Of a stretch of DNA of 32,000 bases, positions 7,117-15,683 are shown piece by piece. Origin of the DNA: Pseudoalteromonas translucida KMM 520 (lineage in GTDB: Bacteria; Pseudomonadota; Gammaproteobacteria; Enterobacterales; Alteromonadaceae); contig NZ_CP011034.1 in the NCBI RefSeq assembly GCF_001465295.1, positions 2,760,001 through 2,792,000 on the forward strand, given 5' to 3'. Both the position numbers and the translations under genes were made by a program. The notes under the pieces are model-generated. The model was given only the letters and a program-made list of their open reading frames with translations. It did not search any database and had not been told where the DNA came from. How positions within the stretch are numbered: the stretch's first letter is position 1; each line of letters starts with the position of its first letter.

Positions 7117-8196
7117 TTAACGCTGATACTGATAGCTTACCCTTGGTGTAATATTACACAATAACTCGTAAGGTATAGTATCGGCGCACTGGGCTATTTC
7201 TTCTACTGGTAGCTCAGGTCCCCACATAGTTACCTCGTCACCTACTTTAATATTATGTGTATTATTGCCTATATCTAAGGTGATCATATCCATAGCTACG
7301 CTACCTACAATACCATAACGCTGCTTATTTATTATTACCGGAGTGCCCGCTCTCGCATGGCGCGGATAACCATCACCATAGCCCATAGCAACAACCGCTA
7401 ATTGGGTTGGCTTATCACTTTGCCAACGCCCGCTGTAACCCACCGCTTCATGGGCAGCTACATTACGTACTGCAATTACTTTTGTGGTTAAGCGCATAAC
7501 TGGCTCTAATTGGTACGTTTTACCTGTGGTATTTGCCATAGGCGATACACCATAAAGCATTAATCCTGGGCGCACCCAATCACCGTGGCCACTTGGCCAA
7601 GCTAAAATACCGGCAGAGTTTGATAAGCAATGTGCCTGTTCAACGTTTTCTGCCAAGCGATTAAACAAGGCTATTTGTTGCATTGTTTTACTGCTGTCAA
7701 CATCATCCGCGCACGAAAAGTGGGTCATTAAATTAACCGTATTATTCGCATTGGCTGTTTTTTGTAAGCGATTATAAAACTCATCAAATTGCTCTGGTGC
7801 AATACCTAATCGGTGCATGCCGGTATTTATTTTTAACCAGCAGTTTATAGGAGCCTCAAGCTGCGCATTTTCCAGTGCCGCTAATTGGTTTTCGTCATGA
7901 ATAATGGTTTGAAAATTATTAGCTAATAAAATGGGTAAATCGGCTTCATCAAAAAAGCCTTCTAACAATACAATTGGTTTAGTTAAACCGCCAGCACGCA
8001 ATGCCAGCGCTTCATCTATACGTGCCACAGCAAATGCATCGGCATCGTTTAAGTGCTGCGCTATGGTAACTAAGCCATGCCCGTAAGCGTTGGCTTTTAG
8101 CACGGCCATTACTTTGCTATTAGGCGCAAAGCTCTTAACTTGCGCAAGATTATGCGCAAGTGCTGTTAAGTTAATTTCGGCTATAGCTAGGCGCAT
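7117..8196 (-). CDS. alr: alanine racemase
   Basis: PLP-lysine motif AVLKANAYGHG, 359 aa, C-terminal YGDGYPR and ELLC patterns. Its ATG overlaps the dnaB stop (TAATG). Confidence 0.93.
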   Translation of the reverse strand: MRLAIAEINLTALAHNLAQVKSFAPNSKVMAVLKANAYGHGLVTIAQHLNDADAFAVARIDEALALRAGGLTKPIVLLEGFFDEADLPILLANNFQTIIHDENQLAALENAQLEAPINCWLKINTGMHRLGIAPEQFDEFYNRLQKTANANNTVNLMTHFSCADDVDSSKTMQQIALFNRLAENVEQAHCLSNSAGILAWPSGHGDWVRPGLMLYGVSPMANTTGKTYQLEPVMRLTTKVIAVRNVAAHEAVGYSGRWQSDKPTQLAVVAMGYGDGYPRHARAGTPVIINKQRYGIVGSVAMDMITLDIGNNTHNIKVGDEVTMWGPELPVEEIAQCADTIPYELLCNITPRVSYQYQR

Positions 8197-9575
8197 TAAT
8201 AATCGTCATCTACTGCTGGCCCCGCATAATTATCAAAGCGAGAAAATTGACCTTGGAAGGTTAAACGTACTTTACCAATAGGGCCGTTACGTTGCTTACC
8301 TATAATTATTTCGGCAATACCTTTATCGGTACTGTCTTCGTTGTACACTTCATCACGGTAAATAAACATGATTAAATCGGCATCTTGCTCAATAGAGCCT
8401 GACTCACGTAAATCTGAGTTAATTGGGCGTTTATCGGCACGTTGCTCAAGCGTACGGTTTAGCTGCGAAAGTGCAACAACCGGGCATTTTAGCTCTTTTG
8501 CTAATGCTTTAAGTGAACGCGAAATTTCGGCAATTTCAAGCGTTCGGTTATCAGCAAGGCTAGGTACACGCATTAATTGCAAGTAATCGACCATGATCAT
8601 ACTAATACCGCCATGATCGCGGGCAATACGTCGTGCACGAGAGCGTACATCGGTAGGTGTTAAACCCGAGGCATCATCAACGTACATTTTGCCTTTTTCC
8701 ATCAACAAACCCATGGTTGATGAAAGTCGTGCCCAATCGTCATCATCTAACTGACCAGTACGTACCTTAGTTTGGTTAATACGCCCAAGAGACGCCAACA
8801 TCCTCATCATAATTTGTTCAGAAGGCATCTCTAGTGAGTAAATTAATACCGGCTTGTCTTGGGTCATTGCTGCATGTTCTGCAAGGTTCATCGCAAAAGT
8901 GGTTTTACCCATTGAAGGACGCGCTGCAACAATAATTAAGTCAGATGGCTGTAAGCCTGTAGTCATTTTATCAAGGTCGGCATAGCCGGTACTCACACCG
9001 GTTACACCATCTTGTGGTGATTGATAAAGCTCTTCTATTTTATCAACTGTTTTTTCGAGGATGCTATGAATGCTTTGCGGGCCTTCATTATTTTTTGTGC
9101 GTTGCTCAGCAATTTTAAATACTTTACTCTCAGCAAAGTCGAGTAAATCGTGGCTGGTGCGCCCTTCGGTATTAAAACCTGCTTCGGCAATTTCATTCGC
9201 TACACCAATCATTTCACGTACCACAGCACGTTCGCGCACAATACTTGCGTAAGCGTCAATGTTAGCTGCACTTGGGGTGTTTTTAGCGATTTCGGCTAAA
9301 TAAGCAAAACCACCAATTCCTGCTAATTTATTATTTTTTTCTAGGCTCTCTGAAATAGTAATTAAATCGATCGGATCGCCAATTTCAGCAAGCGTTGTCA
9401 TCGCTTCAAAAATAAGCTTATGCGTGCGGGTATAAAAATCCTGTGATACAACAAGCTCTGCTACGCGGTCAAATGCTTGGTTATCAAGCATTAAGCCACC
9501 TAAAACAGATTGTTCTGCTTCTATTGAATGGGGAGGAACTTTAAGGGTATCGACTTGCTTATCTCGTTTGGCCAT
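8196..9575 (-). CDS. dnaB: replicative DNA helicase DnaB
   Basis: PPHSIEAEQSVLGGLMLDN N-terminal motif, Walker A ARPSMGKTTFAMN, IMVDYLQLM and SQLNRTLEQRADKRP motifs. 459 aa, no intein. Confidence 0.97.
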   Translation of the reverse strand: MAKRDKQVDTLKVPPHSIEAEQSVLGGLMLDNQAFDRVAELVVSQDFYTRTHKLIFEAMTTLAEIGDPIDLITISESLEKNNKLAGIGGFAYLAEIAKNTPSAANIDAYASIVRERAVVREMIGVANEIAEAGFNTEGRTSHDLLDFAESKVFKIAEQRTKNNEGPQSIHSILEKTVDKIEELYQSPQDGVTGVSTGYADLDKMTTGLQPSDLIIVAARPSMGKTTFAMNLAEHAAMTQDKPVLIYSLEMPSEQIMMRMLASLGRINQTKVRTGQLDDDDWARLSSTMGLLMEKGKMYVDDASGLTPTDVRSRARRIARDHGGISMIMVDYLQLMRVPSLADNRTLEIAEISRSLKALAKELKCPVVALSQLNRTLEQRADKRPINSDLRESGSIEQDADLIMFIYRDEVYNEDSTDKGIAEIIIGKQRNGPIGKVRLTFQGQFSRFDNYAGPAVDDDY

Positions 9576-9637
9576 GACTTCACAGTACTAAAATACAATG
9601 GTGCCTATTCTATCTACTTGCAGGGGCTGTGCAAATA

Positions 9638-9667
9638 GAAAAGCAGGAAATCTTTTCCTGCTTTTTG
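9638..9667 (-). terminator. intrinsic terminator of the ECF operon
   Basis: AGCAGGAAA / TTTCCTGCT hairpin (9642-9662). On the minus strand it is followed by TTTTCTATTT. Confidence 0.6.
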
Positions 9668-9689
9668 TAATCATGGGCTGTAGCTAATG

Positions 9690-10628
9690 TTATTTAGTAT
9701 GAAGTTCGAGTCGCCCGCTAATTGTATTCATTTCAACGTTAGCATTACCGCCATTAATACTAAATTTTAAACTACTGGCAGGGCCATATTTAGCTTTACT
9801 GACTTTATCGCTAGTCACTTCATTAATTATTTTGCCATTCGCATGCGCTTCAATTTCAAACTTAGCCGATACATCTGCCGCAAAGTAAAATTCGCCATCG
9901 CCACTTACCGACTCAAAACGAACATCTGCACCCTTTAACAACTCTTTAATATGTACTTCGGCCTCACCATTAACGGTATTAATTCGTAAATTTTTAATGC
10001 TCGATAAAGTAAAATCTATATCGCCATTTACGTTTTCCAGGCGTACATCGCTTGCTGTTGAATTTGATTTAATATAGCCATTTACGGCGCTAAAACGCAA
10101 CTTCCCGCTTGAGTTTTTATCGTTAATTTCGCCATTTACGGTTTCAAATGCAATATTACCACTTAGGTTCTGTGCCTTTACATCGCCATTAACACTGGTA
10201 AGTTTAATATTGCCCGCTAAATTACTTGCGCTTATCTCACCATTAACCACATCTATTTTTGCACTGTTTTGTAGCTCTTTTGCAATTACAGATACATTCA
10301 CACCAGCAAACTCAAGCGCGCTACTTTTGGGCATAAATATAGTTAACTTTGAACCATCACCACTGTTACCCCACCCCGTATTACGTGGCATGTTTACAAT
10401 AAACTGGGTTTTATCACCACTGGTTTTAAGCTCATAGCCATCGGCTTTGTCGTCAAGTTCGCCCGATACTTTAAATTCGCTTTTATCCCAGCCCGTTATG
10501 TTTATATCACCGCGTTGGTTTTCAATATAAATAGTGCCGCCATTGGCCACCTCTATTTGCTTATCTATTTTTTCACCCGCCAATACCGCCAGTGGAAATA
10601 AGCTCAACCCTAGTAAAATCGCTTTCAT
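9690..10628 (-). CDS. secreted DUF4097-like repeat protein (putative beta-helix 'adhesin' family)
   Basis: Signal peptide MKAILLGLSLFPLAVLAG. Repeated ~19-20 aa units are centred on VNGEI/VNGDV/VNGYI/VNGDI/VNGEA/VSGDG. It lies 9 nt downstream of the anti-sigma gene. Confidence 0.8.
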   Translation of the reverse strand: MKAILLGLSLFPLAVLAGEKIDKQIEVANGGTIYIENQRGDINITGWDKSEFKVSGELDDKADGYELKTSGDKTQFIVNMPRNTGWGNSGDGSKLTIFMPKSSALEFAGVNVSVIAKELQNSAKIDVVNGEISASNLAGNIKLTSVNGDVKAQNLSGNIAFETVNGEINDKNSSGKLRFSAVNGYIKSNSTASDVRLENVNGDIDFTLSSIKNLRINTVNGEAEVHIKELLKGADVRFESVSGDGEFYFAADVSAKFEIEAHANGKIINEVTSDKVSKAKYGPASSLKFSINGGNANVEMNTISGRLELHTK

Positions 10629-10637
10629 GTTATGCTC

Positions 10638-11123
10638 CTAAATATGCTGCCAACGAGGTGCGTGCACCTTATTAATCAAATCAAGTTGTTGTTGATATAT
10701 TTGCGCTAACATAGTTAATAGCGCTTGGTTTTGTGGTTCGTTTTCAAGAACCTGCTTTATAGCTAACTCTGCTTCTTCGAGCTCTTGCAATTGCACTTGC
10801 CAATTACTGGTAAGTGCGTCTTGATTTTTATACGCAACTAACAAACTATTTTTTTGCGCCAAAAAGTAATCACTTATTGCCACTACAGGCTTTGGTTCAG
10901 GCGTTATAAAAATGATGTTTACTGCAATTAAAACCGCAACACTACATGCGGCTACAGCCGTTAACTTTGGCCAAATAGTCGTGTGTTTTTGTGTAGCGCG
11001 TTCAGCATTAATAATCGCCCGCTCAACCCCTGGCCATAAATTTTTGCGTGGCGTTATGTCTTTATCAAGTGTGTTGAGTGACTCGTTTAAGTAGTCGTCA
11101 AAATTTACTTTACTCATTTTCAT
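10638..11123 (-). CDS. putative anti-sigma factor (single-pass membrane protein)
   Basis: Starts MKMSKVNFDDY at 11123 (or ATG 11117), overlapping the sigma gene stop (11110). One TM segment LTAVAACSVAVLIAVNIIFI and a helical periplasmic C-terminus. No HxxxCxxC zinc motif. The call rests on position and topology. Confidence 0.6.
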   Translation of the reverse strand: MKMSKVNFDDYLNESLNTLDKDITPRKNLWPGVERAIINAERATQKHTTIWPKLTAVAACSVAVLIAVNIIFITPEPKPVVAISDYFLAQKNSLLVAYKNQDALTSNWQVQLQELEEAELAIKQVLENEPQNQALLTMLAQIYQQQLDLINKVHAPRWQHI

Positions 11124-11658
11124 ACCACTCTTGTAATAACTGCCTAGCACGATGATATTGCGACTTACTTGAGCCAACAGCCATACCTAATTGCTCAGCT
11201 ATTTCCTCGTGCCTGTAACCTTCAATGGCAAACAGCACAAATACCATACGTGCTCGCTCAGGAAGCCTTACTATTAATTTATCTAGGCCATTTAAACCTT
11301 TACAGTCGTTAGCTGATTGCTCATCCATCCCGCTGTGCTCAATACTCACTACTTTTTGCAGCCAATTTTTTTGTTTGCGTAAGTAATTAATAGCAACATT
11401 ACTCGCTACGCTGTAAAGCCAAGTAGAGAACTGCGAGCGCCCATCAAACTGCGCTATTTTATGCCACACCTGTACAAACACTTCTTGAGCTGCATCCTCA
11501 GCATGCGACTGATCAGCTAATAAACGTAAACATAGCCCGTATACCCGCTTTATGTGTAGTTCATAAAGTAGTGCGTATGCAGCTTGATCCCCCGACTTAA
11601 CACGCTTAATGAGTGCTGCTTCGCACAATTGCGACTGTTCGGGTTTAACGTGTAACAT
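11110..11658 (-). CDS. ECF-type RNA polymerase sigma-70 family factor
   Basis: Region 2 (YALLYELHIKRVYGLCLRLLADQSHAEDAAQEVFVQVW) and region 4 HTH (LPERARMVFVLFAIEGYRHEEIAEQLGMAVGSSKSQYHRARQLL). 182 aa. Confidence 0.9.
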   Translation of the reverse strand: MLHVKPEQSQLCEAALIKRVKSGDQAAYALLYELHIKRVYGLCLRLLADQSHAEDAAQEVFVQVWHKIAQFDGRSQFSTWLYSVASNVAINYLRKQKNWLQKVVSIEHSGMDEQSANDCKGLNGLDKLIVRLPERARMVFVLFAIEGYRHEEIAEQLGMAVGSSKSQYHRARQLLQEWYENE

Positions 11659-11717
11659 CCGTAATGTCGCCTTTAAATTATAGTTATTGGGTTAGCGTTT
11701 AAGTGTATTGATAAGTT

Positions 11718-11744
11718 AGACGTAATGACAGTTTGAAAAGGTTT
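11718..11744 (-). promoter_or_regulatory. candidate ECF-type autoregulated promoter AAACC-N17-CGTCT
   Basis: The minus strand reads AAACC ttttcaaactgtcatta CGTCT, 59 nt upstream of the sigma ATG. It has the AAC / CGTC architecture common to ECF promoters. Not verified. Confidence 0.3.
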
Positions 11745-11840
11745 AAATGAAATGAAAAAATAATTACAAAAAGGAAAGAGGATTTAGAGCAGGTTTATAA
11801 AACGTGGTATTAGTTCTACAGTTAGCTAAATTTTAGGCAC

Positions 11841-11877
11841 AAAAAAGCCGCGCTAAATAGCACGGCTTTTTTTGCTT
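11841..11877 (-). terminator. intrinsic terminator after rplI
   Basis: AGCCGTGCT-ATTT-AGCGCGGCT hairpin (one C.A mismatch), followed on the minus strand by TTTTTTG. Confidence 0.75.
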
Positions 11878-11886
11878 AATTAAAAA

Positions 11887-12339
11887 TTAAGCTTCAGCAA
11901 TAACGATTACTTTAATAGTAGCCGTTACTTCTGAATGTACTGCGATTGATACGTCAAATTCGCCAGTCTCACGGATAGTACCTAGAGGTAGACGAACTTC
12001 AGACTTAGCAACTTCAACACCAACAGCTGAGATAGCGTCAGCGATGTCACGAGTACCGATTGAACCAAATAATTTACCTTCGTCACCAGCTTTAGATACT
12101 AATGTAACTTCTGCTAATGCTTCAAGTTTGTCAGCGCGTGCTTGTGCAGCAACTAACTGATCAGCGATTTTCGCTTCAAGTTCTGCGCGACGAACATCAA
12201 ATGTTTCAATGTTTGCTTTAGTTGCAGGAACTGCCTTACCTTGCGGGAAAAGGAAGTTACGTGCGAAGCCAGATTTAACAACAACCTGGTCACCTAGGCC
12301 ACCTAGGTTAGCGATCTTATCTAGTAGAATAACTTGCAT
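11887..12339 (-). CDS. rplI: 50S ribosomal protein L9
   Basis: [41 protein letters not shown] is near-identical to E. coli L9. Confidence 0.97.
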   Translation of the reverse strand: MQVILLDKIANLGGLGDQVVVKSGFARNFLFPQGKAVPATKANIETFDVRRAELEAKIADQLVAAQARADKLEALAEVTLVSKAGDEGKLFGSIGTRDIADAISAVGVEVAKSEVRLPLGTIRETGEFDVSIAVHSEVTATIKVIVIAEA

Positions 12340-12375
12340 GTTTCTACACCTTTTAAAAACGTGTTAATCCGCTGC

Positions 12376-12603
12376 TTACTTATGTAAGTCAGTGTATGGA
12401 AGAAGGGCTAAGTAGCGAGCACGCTTAATAGCAGTTGCTAGCTGGCGCTGGTATTTAGCGCTAGTACCTGTGATACGGCTAGGTACGATTTTGCCACTTT
12501 CTGTAACATAGTTTCTAAGAGTAGCTAGATCTTTGTAATCGATTTGTTGTACGCCTTCCGCTTTAAAGCGGCAAAACTTACGACGTCTGAAATAACGTGC
12601 CAT
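12376..12603 (-). CDS. rpsR: 30S ribosomal protein S18
   Basis: [23 protein letters not shown]...[34 protein letters not shown] matches E. coli S18. Confidence 0.97.
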
Positions 12604-12615
12604 GAGATTAATTCC

Positions 12616-12918
12616 TCAAATAATTCTTTCGATATGCTGAGCATGCAAAACCAATTGGCTAAGGCCGTTACGACCTTCGTGGCGATTTAAAAAACCACTC
12701 ACTTGCAATGCCTGCCCAACGTGCAAATGTTGAGTCTGTTGTTGCATTTGTTTTCCACTGGCAACCACTTGAAGCCGAACGTAACTATTACGGTTAAGAT
12801 CTGCTTCTGTTTGCATTGATTTATGTTCAATAACAAAAATACAATGCGGTATACCAGCAGGACTTTGGCTTAACTTGGGAGTTTTACAAACTACCCCAGA
12901 TAAAACCAGTTGATTCAT
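12616..12918 (-). CDS. priB: primosomal replication protein N (PriB)
   Basis: MNQLVLSGVVCKTP...PAGIPHCIFVIEHKS...NGLSQLVLHAQHIE aligns with E. coli PriB MTNRLVLSGTVCRAP. An upstream in-frame ATG at 12933 (MVSPF extension) is an alternative start. Confidence 0.9.
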   Translation of the reverse strand: MNQLVLSGVVCKTPKLSQSPAGIPHCIFVIEHKSMQTEADLNRNSYVRLQVVASGKQMQQQTQHLHVGQALQVSGFLNRHEGRNGLSQLVLHAQHIERII

Positions 12919-12977
12919 AAAAGGGCTAACCATTTATATTCATCACCAGTTAAACGCCATGCTAGGACTCAAAACAA

Positions 12978-13319
12978 TTAAGCAGCTGGTGCTTCTTTCT
13001 TCTCTTCTCTTACAAGAGGAGACGCTTCAGTTACCGCGTTTTTAGTACGCATAACTAAGTTACGAAGCACTGCATCGTTGTAGCGGAAAGTAGTTTCTAG
13101 CTCGCTGATTACTTCAGTTGGTGCTTCAACGTTCATAAGAACATAATGAGCTTTATGAAGCTTGTTGATTGGGTAAGCCAGTTGACGACGGCCCCAGTCT
13201 TCAAGACGGTGGATAACACCACCAGCTTCAGTGATAGAACCAGTATAGCGTTCGATCATACCAGTTACTTGCTCACTCTGATCAGGGTGAACCATGAATA
13301 CGATTTCGTAATGACGCAT
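12978..13319 (-). CDS. rpsF: 30S ribosomal protein S6
   Basis: [25 protein letters not shown]...[32 protein letters not shown] is near-identical to E. coli S6. Confidence 0.97.
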
Positions 13320-13323
13320 GGAT

Positions 13324-13382
13324 ATTCCTTACGGTTAATAGAGCCTTCTACCGTTTCGGCCGGTCGGTTTAAGGCAAGGAAT
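13324..13382 (-). promoter_or_regulatory. rpsF 5' leader structure (candidate S6:S18 autoregulatory element)
   Basis: The minus-strand RNA forms nested helices. AUUCCUU...AAGGAAU is the outer helix and contains the SD AAGGA. GCCUU...AAGGC is the middle helix. ACCG...CGGU is the inner helix with a CCGGCCG-rich apical loop. The structure ends 4 nt before the AUG. Confidence 0.55.
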
Positions 13383-13411
13383 TAATAGTTTAAAAGCCGA
13401 AATGAGCGCGC

Positions 13412-13440
13412 ATTTTACGCTTAGTTTGATAATTAAGCAA
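13412..13440 (-). promoter_or_regulatory. rpsF operon sigma-70 promoter candidate
   Basis: The minus strand reads TTGCTT-N17-TAAAAT followed by a GC-rich discriminator GCGCGC, with an A/T-rich UP-like tract upstream. Confidence 0.6.
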
Positions 13441-13682
13441 GCCAGTTTTCTATCGAAAATAAAGAAAAAGCCATACAAATAGAGTTTAATTGACGTTTTT
13501 TATAAAAACATAACAATTTCAATCAGCTTGCTATGTATTAAGTCGTAATTAAGCCTTGCAAAACAAACTAAAAACTAACCACTTTGCTCAGCTTTTAGCC
13601 GACCAAGGTCTAATATAATAATTAGGCAAAAACACTTAGTTTTTAATGTCTCTCACACTCTTTTTTAGTTTTAGGATCATTT

Positions 13683-15566
13683 ATGTCAGGTCAATATAAA
13701 CAGCATTATAACGCCTTCAAACAAAACCCAGCTGAATTTTGGTTAGCACAAAGTAAGTGTATTCCTTGGTATAAAACACCCCAAAATGCCTATACACAAG
13801 ACAGCGATGACTTATACCATTGGTTTGATGATGGCCAGCTTAATACTAGCTACTTAGCACTTGACCAACATGTTGAAGCCGGCTTTGGCGAGCAAACTGC
13901 GCTTATTTACGACTCTCCTGTTACCAACACTAAACAAACTTATAATTATTCACAGCTACAACAAGAAGTGGCTAAGTTTGCCGGTGTAATGCAATCGCTA
14001 GGTGTGCAAAAAGGCGACCGTGTGGTTATTTACATGCCCATGATCCCACAAGCAGTGATTGGCATGCTAGCCTGTGCTCGTTTAGGTGCAGTACACTCTG
14101 TGGTTTTTGGTGGCTTTGCAGCTCATGAGTTAGCGGTGCGTATTGATGATGCTAAACCTAAATTAGTTTTAAGTGCTTCTTGTGGTGTAGAAGTGAGTAA
14201 TATTATTGAATACAAACCGCTATTAGATGACGCCATAAAGCGCGCCACACATAAAGTTGATCACTGCGTAATTTATCAACGCGAACAAGTAACCGCAACA
14301 CTCAATAACGACCAAGATATTGATTGGGCAAAGGCTATGCAAACGGCACAAGCTGTTGATCCTGTACCTGTAAGTGGCAGTGATCCGCTATATATTTTAT
14401 ATACCTCAGGCACCACAGGATTACCTAAAGGTGTAGTACGTGAAAATGGCGGCCATGCTGTTGCCCTTAATTACAGTATGAAAAACGTATACGGTATGGA
14501 GCCTGGCGAAGTATTTTGGGCTGCGTCTGATATTGGCTGGGTGGTGGGTCACTCATACATAGTATATGCGCCGTTAATGTATCGTTGTGCAACTGTACTT
14601 TACGAAGGGAAACCAGTGCGTACCCCAGATGCCAGTGCATTTTGGCGAGTAGTAGAGGATCATAAAGTAACGGCCCTGTTTAGCGCGCCTACTGCATTTA
14701 GAGCAATTAAAAAAGAAGACCCTGAAGCTGAGGGTTTTAAAAAATATGATACATCTAGCTTAAAACGGTTATTTTTAGCCGGTGAGCGCCTTGATGCCGC
14801 TACTTACGGTTGGTTAAAAGAAAAAACCGGTCTACCTGTGCTTGATCATTGGTGGCAAACAGAAACCGGCTGGGCTATTGCTTGCAACCCTATTGGCATT
14901 GAACACTTAGAAACCAAAGCAGGTAGTTCAACCGTTCCTACACCGGGCTTTGACGTGCGTATTTTAAATATGGATGGCGAAGAATGCGCCTCTAACGAAA
15001 GTGGCGCTGTAGTAATAAAACTGCCATTACCACCGGGTTGTTTATCAACAATTTGGCAAAATACCGAGCGCTATAAACAAGGTTACCTGAGCGAATATGA
15101 AGGCTATTACCTGTCGGGAGACGGTGGCTACATAGACGAAGACGGCTATTTATTTATTATGGGTCGTACCGATGATGTAATTAACGTTGCTGGCCACAGG
15201 CTATCTACCGGTGAAATGGAAGAAATTGTTGCCGCCCACCCTGCGGTTGCAGAATGTGCTGTATTTGGTGTAAACGATGCGCTTAAAGGGCAAAACCCAA
15301 TGGCGATGATAGTGCTCAAAGACGGTTTTACCGGCTCTCATCAAGAAGTACAACAACAGCTTGTGCAATCTGTACGTAACCAAATTGGTGCTATCGCGTG
15401 TTTAAAAAATATTATGTGTGTTGAGCGCTTACCTAAAACACGCTCAGGGAAAATTTTACGCAAAAACTTGCGCCAGCTTATTGATGGCGAAGAACTGCAA
15501 ATTCCATCAACGATAGACGACCCCAGTATTTTTGCCGAGTTAAGTGAACAACTTGCTGAAAAATAA
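13683..15566 (+). CDS. prpE: propionate--CoA ligase-like acyl-CoA synthetase (Acs/PrpE family)
   Basis: 627 aa. YTSGTTGLPKGV AMP motif, ASDIGWVVGHSYIVYAPL, GRTDDVINVAGHRL and LPKTRSGKILR. Collinear with E. coli PrpE (628 aa) along the whole length, from memory. Confidence 0.85.
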   Translation: MSGQYKQHYNAFKQNPAEFWLAQSKCIPWYKTPQNAYTQDSDDLYHWFDDGQLNTSYLALDQHVEAGFGEQTALIYDSPVTNTKQTYNYSQLQQEVAKFAGVMQSLGVQKGDRVVIYMPMIPQAVIGMLACARLGAVHSVVFGGFAAHELAVRIDDAKPKLVLSASCGVEVSNIIEYKPLLDDAIKRATHKVDHCVIYQREQVTATLNNDQDIDWAKAMQTAQAVDPVPVSGSDPLYILYTSGTTGLPKGVVRENGGHAVALNYSMKNVYGMEPGEVFWAASDIGWVVGHSYIVYAPLMYRCATVLYEGKPVRTPDASAFWRVVEDHKVTALFSAPTAFRAIKKEDPEAEGFKKYDTSSLKRLFLAGERLDAATYGWLKEKTGLPVLDHWWQTETGWAIACNPIGIEHLETKAGSSTVPTPGFDVRILNMDGEECASNESGAVVIKLPLPPGCLSTIWQNTERYKQGYLSEYEGYYLSGDGGYIDEDGYLFIMGRTDDVINVAGHRLSTGEMEEIVAAHPAVAECAVFGVNDALKGQNPMAMIVLKDGFTGSHQEVQQQLVQSVRNQIGAIACLKNIMCVERLPKTRSGKILRKNLRQLIDGEELQIPSTIDDPSIFAELSEQLAEK

Positions 15567-15579
15567 AACTAACTGTTTA

Positions 15580-15622
15580 TAGTTAAAGTCTATCGGCACC
15601 GAGTGAAGATAGACTTTAACTA
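15580..15622 (+). terminator. long perfect hairpin after prpE-like gene (terminator-like, no U-tract)
   Basis: TAGTTAAAGTCTATC (15580-15594) pairs with GATAGACTTTAACTA (15608-15622): 15-bp perfect stem, 13-nt loop. Followed by CGCCTTCTGC, not a T-run. Confidence 0.4.
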
Positions 15623-15683
15623 CGCCTTCTGCTTAAATAACCTTGGAATAAATAAATAACTTTATGATGTAAACGGAGATTAA

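Noticed and set aside
8368-9252. Plus-strand ORFs inside dnaB (8368-8586, 9070-9252), with similar antisense ORFs inside tcyP (23514-23804, 24177-24449), SulP (29167-29475, 29620-29829), nemA (18209-18511), ybdG (15946-16152) and gss (26745-26948)
   Set aside because: All are embedded in, or antisense to, high-confidence conserved genes and have no independent support.
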